Of a stretch of DNA of 58,305 nucleotides, positions 19,996 through 28,772 are shown one piece after another. Position 1 is the first letter of the stretch. Each line of letters begins with the position of its first letter. The translations under genes were made by a program, and so were the position numbers. Origin of the DNA: a virus; IMG/VR virus record IMGVR_UViG_3300025597_000015, positions 1 through 58,305 of that record. One strand, 5' to 3'. The notes under the pieces are model-generated. The model worked only from the letters and a program-made list of their open reading frames with translations, had not been told where the DNA came from and made no database searches.

Positions 19996-20463
19996 ATGTT
20001 TGTAATTATGGAAATGAAATATCTTTCTGATTTTCCAAGAGATACTTATGATAATAATGTATTTCCACCAACAATATCCACAGAAGCAGCATATCATTAT
20101 GATCAATTGGGAGTAGAACCATATACTCAAATGTGTTTTTTAAATATTCGTGGAAATATAGAAACTTTTAAAATAGATTTTGTTGATAAATATACAGAAG
20201 CAACCACAATTCCTTCTAATTATCAGCAAACTTGTTGTCATGAATTTATTTATGGACGTACTTTAACTAAAGCCACAATTGTTGCTTGGAAATATCCATT
20301 AGATTTGGAAAATAAAATTAATCGTAAATTTACTTTCTTAACACAAGCACTTGCAAAATCCGAAACTGAAAGGACTGATGTTGAAAAGGCAATTGTATTA
20401 AAAGAAACTGAAATTAAAACAGATTATAAAAATTATAATGAATTTGTAGAATCTATTCCATAA
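19996..20463 (+). CDS. hypothetical protein
   Basis: 155-aa ORF abutting the upstream stop. Confidence 0.6.
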   Translation: MFVIMEMKYLSDFPRDTYDNNVFPPTISTEAAYHYDQLGVEPYTQMCFLNIRGNIETFKIDFVDKYTEATTIPSNYQQTCCHEFIYGRTLTKATIVAWKYPLDLENKINRKFTFLTQALAKSETERTDVEKAIVLKETEIKTDYKNYNEFVESIP

Positions 20464-20473
20464 GGTGATTTAA

Positions 20474-20818
20474 ATGCCAGATTCAGTATGTAGTATTTAT
20501 AACGAAGGAACAACTGGAACTCTTACTTCAGTTAATGCAGGAACAGCAACGACAATTGATTGTCGTAATTTTACTTCTGGTTTAATTGCAATTAAAAATA
20601 CTGGAAGTACAAATACACTTCAGTATAAAATTGACGGATTTGCCAATTATTCTGGTGCAACTGCTGGAATTGCAGATGTTTCAATTGCTGATATTGCGCC
20701 AAACGCGACTGTTACATTCTCATTTGATGTGCAGCGTGCAAAGCGTGTTGTAACAATTACACCAAAGGTAGCAAGTTCACAGAGCACATATGTAATTGAA
20801 TATTGTTTGGGGTTATAA
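20474..20818 (+). CDS. hypothetical protein
   Basis: 114 aa, AAGGTGAT SD. Confidence 0.6.
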   Translation: MPDSVCSIYNEGTTGTLTSVNAGTATTIDCRNFTSGLIAIKNTGSTNTLQYKIDGFANYSGATAGIADVSIADIAPNATVTFSFDVQRAKRVVTITPKVASSQSTYVIEYCLGL

Positions 20819-20820
20819 AA

Positions 20821-21234
20821 ATGAAAGTCACATGTTTAGGAATGTATTTTAACGAGACAGCCATTGAAAGTGACAAAGAACCTTCACAGGAATTAACTAT
20901 TAAGAAATCAGTTCTTGACCGTTCTTCGGGAAATATTATTGCACGATTTGAATATAGCACTGAATCGCGCACAAAGTTAGTTTATCAGGTTTTCTTTGAT
21001 GATAAACCTTTAATGTATATGGGAACAAATATTCCTGTAGAAACCAATTCTGGATTTTATGACACAATTCTTCTCCATTATCCCAATTCCGCAAAAGCAA
21101 ATAAATTAGGTAAACATAAGATTCGTGTTGTGTGTGGTCTAATTCCCAATATCGTGCTTTCAAAAGAAGGTCTTGTGGATTGGAAACCTGCACAGGCAAT
21201 TTCAGAAGCAAATTTTGTAATTAACTTGGAGTAA
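20821..21234 (+). CDS. hypothetical protein
   Basis: ATG at 20821, 2 nt after the upstream stop. Confidence 0.55.
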   Translation: MKVTCLGMYFNETAIESDKEPSQELTIKKSVLDRSSGNIIARFEYSTESRTKLVYQVFFDDKPLMYMGTNIPVETNSGFYDTILLHYPNSAKANKLGKHKIRVVCGLIPNIVLSKEGLVDWKPAQAISEANFVINLE

Positions 21235-21238
21235 AATT

Positions 21239-21364
21239 ATGGCAGACGAATATGTTATTAGTCAGGAGTTGGCTAATAATATTATTGAATATTTAACCAC
21301 GCAGCCTTATGGCGAAGTGGCTGAATTAATCGAACAGATGCGGAAACTTCCGAAGAAGGTATAA
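21239..21364 (+). CDS. small hypothetical protein (41 aa)
   Basis: Fills the gap exactly; GGAG upstream; shorter than the track cut-off. Confidence 0.35.
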   Translation: MADEYVISQELANNIIEYLTTQPYGEVAELIEQMRKLPKKV

Positions 21365-21365
21365 A

Positions 21366-21791
21366 ATGACTTCTATTAAAGTTGGTGATTTAAATACTGA
21401 ACAGGAAACTGTATCAGCAACAATTATAGAAAACTCACCCATTCAATATAATCCAGAAGATCCTTATGATACGCCAGAAGAACGTGCAGAAGGAATGTTT
21501 ATAGGAACTTTTATTGGTAAATTTACAAAAGATCCAACGGGATTTTGCTCAACATATCGTGAATGGCATATTTTCTGTCGTGGATTTTATAGTGGATTTA
21601 ATACAAAACTTCGGGATAAATTTACTTCTTGTCCTTCAATGTGGGATGATGAAATTCAATATTATGAGGGTGGACAGGAATTGGGTTATGTTGCTCGTAA
21701 TGCATTAATATTTATGTTTGCCGGTTCAGCAGGAACAGAACTTGTGCTTAATGCGGACACTATATTAAATATAATTAGTAATATATTATAA
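21366..21791 (+). CDS. hypothetical protein
   Basis: 141-aa ORF. Confidence 0.55.
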   Translation: MTSIKVGDLNTEQETVSATIIENSPIQYNPEDPYDTPEERAEGMFIGTFIGKFTKDPTGFCSTYREWHIFCRGFYSGFNTKLRDKFTSCPSMWDDEIQYYEGGQELGYVARNALIFMFAGSAGTELVLNADTILNIISNIL

Positions 21792-21801
21792 GGTGATTTA
21801 A

Positions 21802-22836
21802 ATGGTTCTTGATGAGACTGGCAGATTATATTTTATTAACAATTTGAGTGAAACTGGCGATATAAAATCTAATCATCACTCATCGAAAGGACGATTTCTG
21901 TTAAGTTCATATATCACTCAATATTATAATGAAACAATTTCGTTGACAACTTCTACTGCAAATACTATTAAAAAATATATGGCAGAAGCATTATTTTTAG
22001 TCACGTCATATATTTCCAGTCCAGTTAAATTATTAATAGAAACTGTTACATTAACACATTATGCTATTAAATCAACACTAACGCGATATATAACACAGAG
22101 CGTTAATGTGGCAGATCACTGTTATAATTCTATAAAGAGATACTTTGATATAGAGACTTATACAATCGCGGCATCAGCAACGTTCTTTAAAGCAACAATT
22201 AAAAACTTCACAGAATCTGTTTCTGTCGCCTGTGCAATGGGTAATAGAACAATAATTATAATCCAAAATAGCATTTTAAATGTATCTGATACTGTTAATA
22301 AGTCACTTACACGAAAAATGGACACACTGTCTCTATTAATAACAGATTATTTACCAAAAACACTAAACAGACCATTATATGAAACTATATCAATTGCAAA
22401 TTCCATAATTAAAACAATAACAAGAACAATTGTCCAATCTGTTTATATTAATACAATATTTAGCACAACTATTAATATTTATGTTTATCTTACAGAATCA
22501 ATTGGGATTTCATGTTCTGTATCAAAACGATTCTTTAAAGAATTAATGGAAAATATCACAGCGACATGTGTTTATGGTAGATATATATATAAATATATAG
22601 TTGAAAATATATCTATAGTGTTCTTAAAAGGAAAAGTAACATTAACGAGAAATATATTACAACCGACTTCGATTGTTGGAACTGTATATAAATCAACAAA
22701 GCGTTATTTGTCTGAAAGTATGATAATTACTACATCGTTAAATTGGTTGCGTCCAGTAATTCATACGGCTAAAACTACAGCAGCAATTGTTGTAAAAAGA
22801 GCAACTAAATTATTTTTAGGTGGTGAACGATTATGA
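21802..22836 (+). CDS. repeat protein (~15 tandem ~18-22-aa repeats)
   Basis: AAGGTGAT SD. Recurring Y-x-x-E-(S/T)-(I/V)-x-(I/V/L)...(K/R) units, e.g. FTESVSVAC, LTESIGISC, LYETISIAN, YLSESMIIT. Confidence 0.6.
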   Translation: MVLDETGRLYFINNLSETGDIKSNHHSSKGRFLLSSYITQYYNETISLTTSTANTIKKYMAEALFLVTSYISSPVKLLIETVTLTHYAIKSTLTRYITQSVNVADHCYNSIKRYFDIETYTIAASATFFKATIKNFTESVSVACAMGNRTIIIIQNSILNVSDTVNKSLTRKMDTLSLLITDYLPKTLNRPLYETISIANSIIKTITRTIVQSVYINTIFSTTINIYVYLTESIGISCSVSKRFFKELMENITATCVYGRYIYKYIVENISIVFLKGKVTLTRNILQPTSIVGTVYKSTKRYLSESMIITTSLNWLRPVIHTAKTTAAIVVKRATKLFLGGERL

Positions 22837-23159
22837 GTGATAGACGAATAAAAGGAGATACTCAACCGCTCGAATATCAATTGAAATGGAGCGATGGGAC
22901 TCCTATTGATTTAAGAACGGCTATAAGTGTTTATTTAATTATGCGTGAGGATGATGGCACAACTGATAAAATAAATGCTGCTGCTGTAATAACAGATGCT
23001 GAAAATGGAAAAGTAATTTTTAATTTTACTTCTGAACAAGTCTCATCAGCGGGAATGTTTAAATATAGATATTTAATAACTTTTTCTGGTGGAAAACTTC
23101 TTTCTGTGCCAAGTGATGATGTGCTTTGGTTATATATTATAGATCCAACTTGGATGTGA
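22833..23159 (+). CDS. BppU-N-like Ig-domain protein (putative)
   Basis: IKGDTQPLEYQL...TPIDLRTA...ITDAENGKVIFNFTSEQ pattern resembles baseplate-upper-protein N domains. Confidence 0.45.
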   Translation: MSDRRIKGDTQPLEYQLKWSDGTPIDLRTAISVYLIMREDDGTTDKINAAAVITDAENGKVIFNFTSEQVSSAGMFKYRYLITFSGGKLLSVPSDDVLWLYIIDPTWM

Positions 23160-23163
23160 TATT

Positions 23164-23295
23164 ATGTGTGAATATAATCCCAACTCTTATTTAAATAAAA
23201 TAAAGGAAATTCATGAAAGATTATCACAGAAGGAAGATGAATGTCGAAGATTAAGAGAAGAATTTATTGAAGTTTCTTCTCATGCAATTGCATAG
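23164..23295 (+). CDS. small hypothetical protein (43 aa)
   Basis: Gap-filling ORF, shorter than the track cut-off. Confidence 0.3.
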   Translation: MCEYNPNSYLNKIKEIHERLSQKEDECRRLREEFIEVSSHAIA

Positions 23296-23303
23296 GTGTG
23301 CTT

Positions 23304-23522
23304 ATGGAACGCTCTGACACAAAGACGGACGATTGGATAGAATACAGAAATCTCGTATTAAAGGAACTTGAGCGTCTTGATAATAATTTAGAAGCATTGC
23401 GTGAAAAGCAACAGGATAATCGCAATTCAATAACACAAATAGAAACTAAAATATATATGGTGTCTATTTTTATATCTACAATTGTGCCAATATTAGTATC
23501 GTTGTTTTTAAAATATTATTAA
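23304..23522 (+). CDS. holin-like small membrane protein (putative)
   Basis: ATG after GGTG; coiled N-terminus and a single C-terminal TM segment (VSIFISTIVPILVSLFL); last gene of the late arm. Confidence 0.4.
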   Translation: MERSDTKTDDWIEYRNLVLKELERLDNNLEALREKQQDNRNSITQIETKIYMVSIFISTIVPILVSLFLKYY

Positions 23523-23992
23523 TCATTATATTTCTTTATAACTTCAATTTGTTTAGCAAGATCAAATTGAGGCATGACTTTTTTAATTTCAGCAATCTGC
23601 TGCTCTGCTATTTTCTCAATAATAGTTATATTATAATTATTATCAAGAATTATTTCATTAATAACACGAAGCAGTAATGTCGCTGTTTCGCTCTGTTCGC
23701 GCTCTGTCTCCTCGCGGCTCATAGCCCCAATCTCTTTTGACAGTGCGTCTATCTCTAATTGTAGCCTTTCTTTTTTACGTTGAATTTCTTGCTCTTTAAT
23801 AGTTAAACTCGAATATTTATTCATTAATTCGGAACGTTCTTTTTTGAGTTTATATAATAATGTAGTATCAATAACATCTCCATATAATCTTTCATTTAAA
23901 GCAGAATTTAAAATATCAGAAATTACCATCTTCCGACGTTTTGCTTCTTTAAATAAATCATCATTTACATTAGTTGTTATCTTCCGAATCAT
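23519..23992 (-). CDS. ribbon-helix-helix-like DNA-binding protein with coiled coil (putative)
   Basis: The N-terminus KITTNVNDDLFKEAKRRKMVISDILNSALNERL fits an RHH pattern; the rest is coiled coil. Confidence 0.45.
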   Translation of the reverse strand: MIRKITTNVNDDLFKEAKRRKMVISDILNSALNERLYGDVIDTTLLYKLKKERSELMNKYSSLTIKEQEIQRKKERLQLEIDALSKEIGAMSREETEREQSETATLLLRVINEIILDNNYNITIIEKIAEQQIAEIKKVMPQFDLAKQIEVIKKYND

Positions 23993-24441
23993 ATTAATTC
24001 ACGACACAATTCTTTAATAAATATTCTTACACGTTCTTGAATTCCCGCATTATGGGATTCTCTGTTTCCAGCTATATTTATTATATACGATTTATTTTTT
24101 TTCAAAATACGTGCAATATCACATGGCATATGTTCTTTTATAACAATGATTTGTTTTTTATTTTTTAAACAAGCTTTTTTTGTTGCATAATACCCACTAG
24201 AATCTGTATTTCCAAACCAAAGTGTTATATCAGAATCTCTAACATTCATATATGTTCTATCTTTATAACCTTTATAAGAATCTTTTAAATTATATATTAA
24301 TTTTAAATCTTTGTTGTATCCAATTTCTGTTAAAAATTTATATGGTGCCCATCCACCCGTTTCAAAACCAGATTCCTTTGCTCCTTTTAAACCACCTTGA
24401 TCTGCACCCGTCTGTCCTCCAGATATTATTTTATAATTCAT
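23989..24441 (-). CDS. SLOG-superfamily YpsA-like (MoCo-carrier-like) protein
   Basis: ISGGQTGADQGGLKGA...GGWAP...NVRDSD...NIAGNRES matches the YpsA/SLOG signature. Confidence 0.7.
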   Translation of the reverse strand: MNYKIISGGQTGADQGGLKGAKESGFETGGWAPYKFLTEIGYNKDLKLIYNLKDSYKGYKDRTYMNVRDSDITLWFGNTDSSGYYATKKACLKNKKQIIVIKEHMPCDIARILKKNKSYIINIAGNRESHNAGIQERVRIFIKELCRELI

Positions 24442-25568
24442 TTCTTATAAACCTCAATCTTATTTCCGCGTTTCTGAATAAGCCCATAGCGAATCATATC
24501 AGTAATCAAATCGGTTACCTGTGCAATATTTAATCCAATCATTGTGCATTCATCATATAATGTCGCAAGTTCAACAGAACCACCCATGTTATGCAAAATA
24601 CTCATCATCTGCACATATGTTACACCCTGATTGATCTTCTTTCTCCATTCCTTTTCATGTTCAAAAACTGCTTTTGTGTTAGGATCTTTTAGTTCAACAT
24701 AAATTTCGCGCTCAATATCATTCTGTGCAAGAGTCATTCCGAGTAAAAGATTATTATAAAACGTTGTTTCATAAGAATAAATTTTTGCTTTTTTATATTC
24801 ATCCCAAATTTCAGGAGAAAATGTAATTTTTTCTATTTTATTTAATTCCCCAATCCAACTATTCTGACGATTCCAGAGTTTTTTCATTGCAAGTTCATCT
24901 GGTTTCATTCCTTGCTGTGAACGCTGAATATCAAGAAGCATTTCATTGTCTTTTCGTGTAGGAATAAATAACATATAATTAAGTCTGCGCCCAAGTCCAC
25001 TACTGATATTGAGTACAGTTGGCTGAATGCCTGTCCAAAGTGTTAATTTAGTTTTATATTCGATGCGTTCATTGCTCAAACGTTTCACAATCTGACCGGA
25101 ATCAAGTGCAGCAAGTAACTGACTCTCCATCTGTCCATTTCCCTGACTCCCCAATGCATCTGTCAAACCCTTAAATTCATCGATAAGCATTAAACCATCA
25201 CTGTATTCTTCAGCAGCACCAACATATCGGGTTTTTGTGCCATTATTTGTAGAGGCAGTTCCAGTGAATGCGGGACTCGTCATTTCCTGTTCATAGCCAA
25301 TTTTTGTACCTGAACCACGAAAAATTGCATAATCGTCTCCTGCCATTTGTCGCAGAAAATAAGACTTCATATAACCTGCTGGACTACAAAATAATATATG
25401 CAATCTGTTATTTGGCAATGATTTACTTACATAGTGAAACTTACGCTTCTGATTATTTAAATTAAAATTATGTAAAGCAAATGAAGCAATATAAAAAGGA
25501 GCATAGATTTCTCTTTTATAAACCCCGCGTTCTGCTAACTCGTCCATTGCATCAGTATAAATCGTCAT
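24438..25568 (-). CDS. MCM-like AAA+ ATPase / helicase (putative)
   Basis: Walker A-like SPAGYMKS, Walker B LMLIDEF, C-terminal winged-helix-like tail. The ATG at 25568 has an AAGAGGAA SD (the track starts at 25604). Confidence 0.55.
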   Translation of the reverse strand: MTIYTDAMDELAERGVYKREIYAPFYIASFALHNFNLNNQKRKFHYVSKSLPNNRLHILFCSPAGYMKSYFLRQMAGDDYAIFRGSGTKIGYEQEMTSPAFTGTASTNNGTKTRYVGAAEEYSDGLMLIDEFKGLTDALGSQGNGQMESQLLAALDSGQIVKRLSNERIEYKTKLTLWTGIQPTVLNISSGLGRRLNYMLFIPTRKDNEMLLDIQRSQQGMKPDELAMKKLWNRQNSWIGELNKIEKITFSPEIWDEYKKAKIYSYETTFYNNLLLGMTLAQNDIEREIYVELKDPNTKAVFEHEKEWRKKINQGVTYVQMMSILHNMGGSVELATLYDECTMIGLNIAQVTDLITDMIRYGLIQKRGNKIEVYKK

Positions 25569-25677
25569 TATTGTATTCCTCTTTATTGCAGACCTTGATT
25601 TCATTAGTATTCATATTTTTAAAAATAATTACTTCTTTTCCTTTTAGTGTTCCACCACCAATAATTTTATTTTCCAT
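25552..25677 (-). CDS. small hypothetical protein (41 aa)
   Basis: ATG at 25677 after GGAG; overlaps both neighbours. Confidence 0.35.
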   Translation of the reverse strand: MENKIIGGGTLKGKEVIIFKNMNTNEIKVCNKEEYNNDDLY

Positions 25678-26305
25678 TCAAAACTCCTAATATATATTTT
25701 GCTTTAACTTCTCCAATTCCTTTTACTGACATTAATGTTGTTTTAGAACATTTTGCAATTCCAATCGGACTTTTTGTCTTGCATACAGTTTGTAATTCAT
25801 TTAATTGCTTGATATTAATTCCCAACAATCGCGCCCATAATTGTTCTGGTTTACATCGTGCAGGACGTTGCCAGTTTCCTTCTTCAATTGATTCTATTTC
25901 AGAAATCATTGTGTCAAGCATACAGTGTTCATCTTCTACCCAAATTATCATCATATTATATTGACACTGTGCTTCTCCTAATGCGGAAGTTACAAGTTTC
26001 TTGTTTAAATTCATCTTTCTTTTAAAACGCATTTCTTTAATATACTCGTCCAAATTTCCATGCACAACAATGATGATGTGTTTATCTGTAAGCATAGACA
26101 TTTTACAGCATTGATTTTTAAAACGTCCATCCATTATAGAAGAATATAAATCAGCAATCTTCTTTCGCTCAACAATACAGTGCTCTGAAACAAAGTCGCC
26201 GGTTTCGAGTTGTGCTGTTGAGAATTCAATCTTTCCTTTATGTCTGCGTTTTAAATATGTTATGATCTCTTGTGGTTCTCTGTTATCAATAGTTATTGCA
26301 AGCAT
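25667..26305 (-). CDS. ERCC4-type (XPF/Mus81/Hef-like) nuclease with C-terminal HhH
   Basis: IDNREP, LETGDF and VERKKIADLYSS (ERKxxxD signature); SVKGIGEVKAKYILG is a helix-hairpin-helix. Confidence 0.65.
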   Translation of the reverse strand: MLAITIDNREPQEIITYLKRRHKGKIEFSTAQLETGDFVSEHCIVERKKIADLYSSIMDGRFKNQCCKMSMLTDKHIIIVVHGNLDEYIKEMRFKRKMNLNKKLVTSALGEAQCQYNMMIIWVEDEHCMLDTMISEIESIEEGNWQRPARCKPEQLWARLLGINIKQLNELQTVCKTKSPIGIAKCSKTTLMSVKGIGEVKAKYILGVLNGK

Positions 26306-26538
26306 TATACCCACTCAATATTGTTTCGAGATTCGATTACATCAATGCCTTGTGTTTTAATATAATTAATAAAATATTCCATATGTTCTACAGTTAACTT
26401 CTTTAGATCATATTTATATTTAAATTCATCAACCATATTCTTAACTTTAGATTTTGATGCTTTAATCTCAATTGCATAAATGGGAATATTATTTTGTGTA
26501 AAAATAAATACTTCAAAGTCCTGTGTTTTCTTTGCCAT
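26305..26538 (-). CDS. hypothetical protein
   Basis: TAATG overlaps at both ends. Confidence 0.5.
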   Translation of the reverse strand: MAKKTQDFEVFIFTQNNIPIYAIEIKASKSKVKNMVDEFKYKYDLKKLTVEHMEYFINYIKTQGIDVIESRNNIEWV

Positions 26539-26834
26539 TAACCCCACCTTTCATCATGTTTATTTTCTTCAGCCCATTCATAATGTATAATTCTGTGACA
26601 ATTTGCACAAACCACAACGGTTTTCTTTATTTCTTCTGAAACGCTTTTAATTGAATACCTATTGTGAACGGCATGAAATATTGAAAATTTCTTTTCTTCT
26701 GGATTTTTATGATGAAATTCCAGACATCGGGGATCATTACATCCACATCGAATACATGAATGATCTATTTTATATTGTTCTATATAATCTTTCAATTCTT
26801 GTCTTTTCTGTTTTGCATATTTGGCTCTATCCAC
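26538..26834 (-). CDS. HNH endonuclease
   Basis: CIRCG...LEFHHKNP...CANCHRIIH. Confidence 0.75.
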   Translation of the reverse strand: MDRAKYAKQKRQELKDYIEQYKIDHSCIRCGCNDPRCLEFHHKNPEEKKFSIFHAVHNRYSIKSVSEEIKKTVVVCANCHRIIHYEWAEENKHDERWG

Positions 26835-27066
26835 GAAACATCTCCTTTAAAATCATTATTGATATATTATAGGTTCCATAAAAAATACACGGTAATAATA
26901 TAATCCAAAATGCAAGTTCTGGATACATTTCTCCATAATCATTATTAGTAACCACGACAGAACCATTGTTTAAAAATGCTAATATCCAAATTATAAAATA
27001 ATGTATTGTAATTCCAACACACATTAATAATGAATATAAAATTATATAATATTTTAATTTACTCAC
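26827..27066 (-). CDS. small membrane protein
   Basis: 79 aa with two hydrophobic helices. Confidence 0.55.
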   Translation of the reverse strand: MSKLKYYIILYSLLMCVGITIHYFIIWILAFLNNGSVVVTNNDYGEMYPELAFWIILLPCIFYGTYNISIMILKEMFRG

Positions 27067-27078
27067 ATCTCTTTCTCC

Positions 27079-28499
27079 TTAATTACATTTACTCCAACCA
27101 CACGATTTACACACCTTACAGCCCGATTCTTTAACAATGTTCATTCCACATTCTGGACATAATTCAAATTTTATATTTCCATGTTCATCTATTGTCCCGT
27201 GTGTTTCAATAGATATATCGTTGTTTTGCGATAATATCGGAGAGTTATCAGTGATAATCATCTCCTCAATACTTCTTCCAATAATATCTGCACAAGACTT
27301 ACCATCACATTTTCCAAGTTTAAATTGATGATAAGCATTACTACATGTTATTTCACGACATGTTTTTACAATCTCACTTATAGGAACTCCATGTCGCATT
27401 TCTAAACAAATGTGATTAGACAATGCTTTTAATAAAGAGTCACAACCACCATCTGTATTTTGAATACAAATTTCATACGGTTTATTATCTTTAAATCCCA
27501 TAACAATATAAAGATTACCACAACCTGTTTTAACCTTTACACGCTCGGAACATTTGAGCGTTCTTGGTCGCTTTTCTGGAATATCTTTAAAACATTCAGA
27601 AATTTTAACTGGTTCGGGTTTCTTTAATGCCAGAACTTCATTTTCTCTACTGCCATTCCTATAAATTGTAAGTCCTTTGCAGCCCTGTTGCCATGCAAGT
27701 TCAATTATAGTTTTAATTTGTTCTTTAGTGGCATGATTCGGGAGATTGATTGTTTTACTAATAGACATATCTACAAATCTCTGAAATGCTGCCTGCATAT
27801 AAACGTGCTGATGTGGTGAAATATCCATTGCATTTTCAAAGAGTATTCTAAATGTTCTTGGTAAATTTTCTAAATCCTGAATTGTGCCTTTTTCATGACA
27901 ATGTTTAATTACAGAATCATATGCTTTTTGAAATTGTCCTTCTGGACGAAGATTTCTGGATTCAAGTTCTTTTCGCAGTGCAGCATCAAATAACGGATGC
28001 ACAATATAATGATCTCCCAATGTATCATGACGTGTATAAACCCAATTAAATACAGGTTCGATACCAGAAGAAACCCCCGCAATAAGACTAATCGTGCCAG
28101 TCGGTGCTATAGAATTAAGAGAAGCATTCATTCGATTATGAATAATATTTGGATTTTTACCAAGTTCTCTTGACACTCTATAAGAATGTTCAGCAATAAA
28201 CATCATTATCTGTTGTGCTTGATCTAATGCATTTTGACTATTATATGGAATTCCCATTTTGATTAATGCATCATGGAATCCCATAATACCCAATCCAATC
28301 TTTCGTGTGCGTTTGGATGCTTCTGCAATTTCGGGCAGTGGATATTTATTTTTATCAATTACATTATTAAGAAACACAATCGCACATTCAATCGTGTGTT
28401 TTAATTTAATATAGTCAATTTTACCATCTTTTATATGATTTGAAAGGTTGATACTACCCAAGTTACAACTTTCGCCGGATGTTAAGAGGGCCTCTCCGC
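27079..28499 (-). CDS. nrdJ: class II (B12-dependent) ribonucleotide reductase, exon 2
   Basis: After splicing it begins (C)GEALLTSGESCNLGSINL. C-terminal zinc ribbon CPECG...CKVCKSCG. The frame joins exon 1 exactly (697+1421 = 2118 nt = 706 codons). Confidence 0.85.
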
Positions 28500-28772
28500 C
28501 TTGTAGTGAGGCATTTTGTTACAGCAACAATGCTTCGTTGCAGGTGCGATCATTTCTGTCGCACTCTCATACTTTCATATGAGATCGGACTATATCATCA
28601 ATGTCGCGTCTATAGTCTCTGAACCTTCATCTCATTGGGATGCTTGGCTGCTGATTGCCCAATTATTTCTATTTTTAAAACATTCACGTTTATCATTTCT
28701 GATTGCGTTGTAGTTAGAAATACTTTAGGGTGTTCCAGCAATTTACGCGATTTTAAATCCGCACGGAGTTTT
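28500..28772 (-). ncRNA. group I self-splicing intron, 273 nt, no internal ORF
   Basis: On the minus strand: P AAAUUGCUGGAA (28733-28744), Q AAUCAGCAGCC (28647-28657), R GGUUCAGAGACUAUA (28611-28625), S GAUGAUAUAGUCC (28587-28599). P pairs with Q and R with S. The guide CUCCGU-GCGGAUUU (28755-28768) pairs with the 3' exon GCGGAG (P10) and the 5' exon AAAUCCGU (P1, U.G at the splice site). The intron ends in G. Confidence 0.88.

Noticed and set aside
23519-23992. The RHH-like protein as evidence of a lysogeny switch or toxin-antitoxin pair.
   Set aside because: No integrase, excisionase, partner toxin or divergent repressor arrangement is present. It is better treated as a generic transcription regulator.
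28462-28772. An intein or a naturally split RNR as the explanation for the two nrdJ ORFs.
   Set aside because: The intervening frame has immediate stop codons. The sequence shows the P/Q/R/S elements and P1/P10 guide pairings of a group I intron, and RNA-level splicing restores the NPCGE motif in frame.
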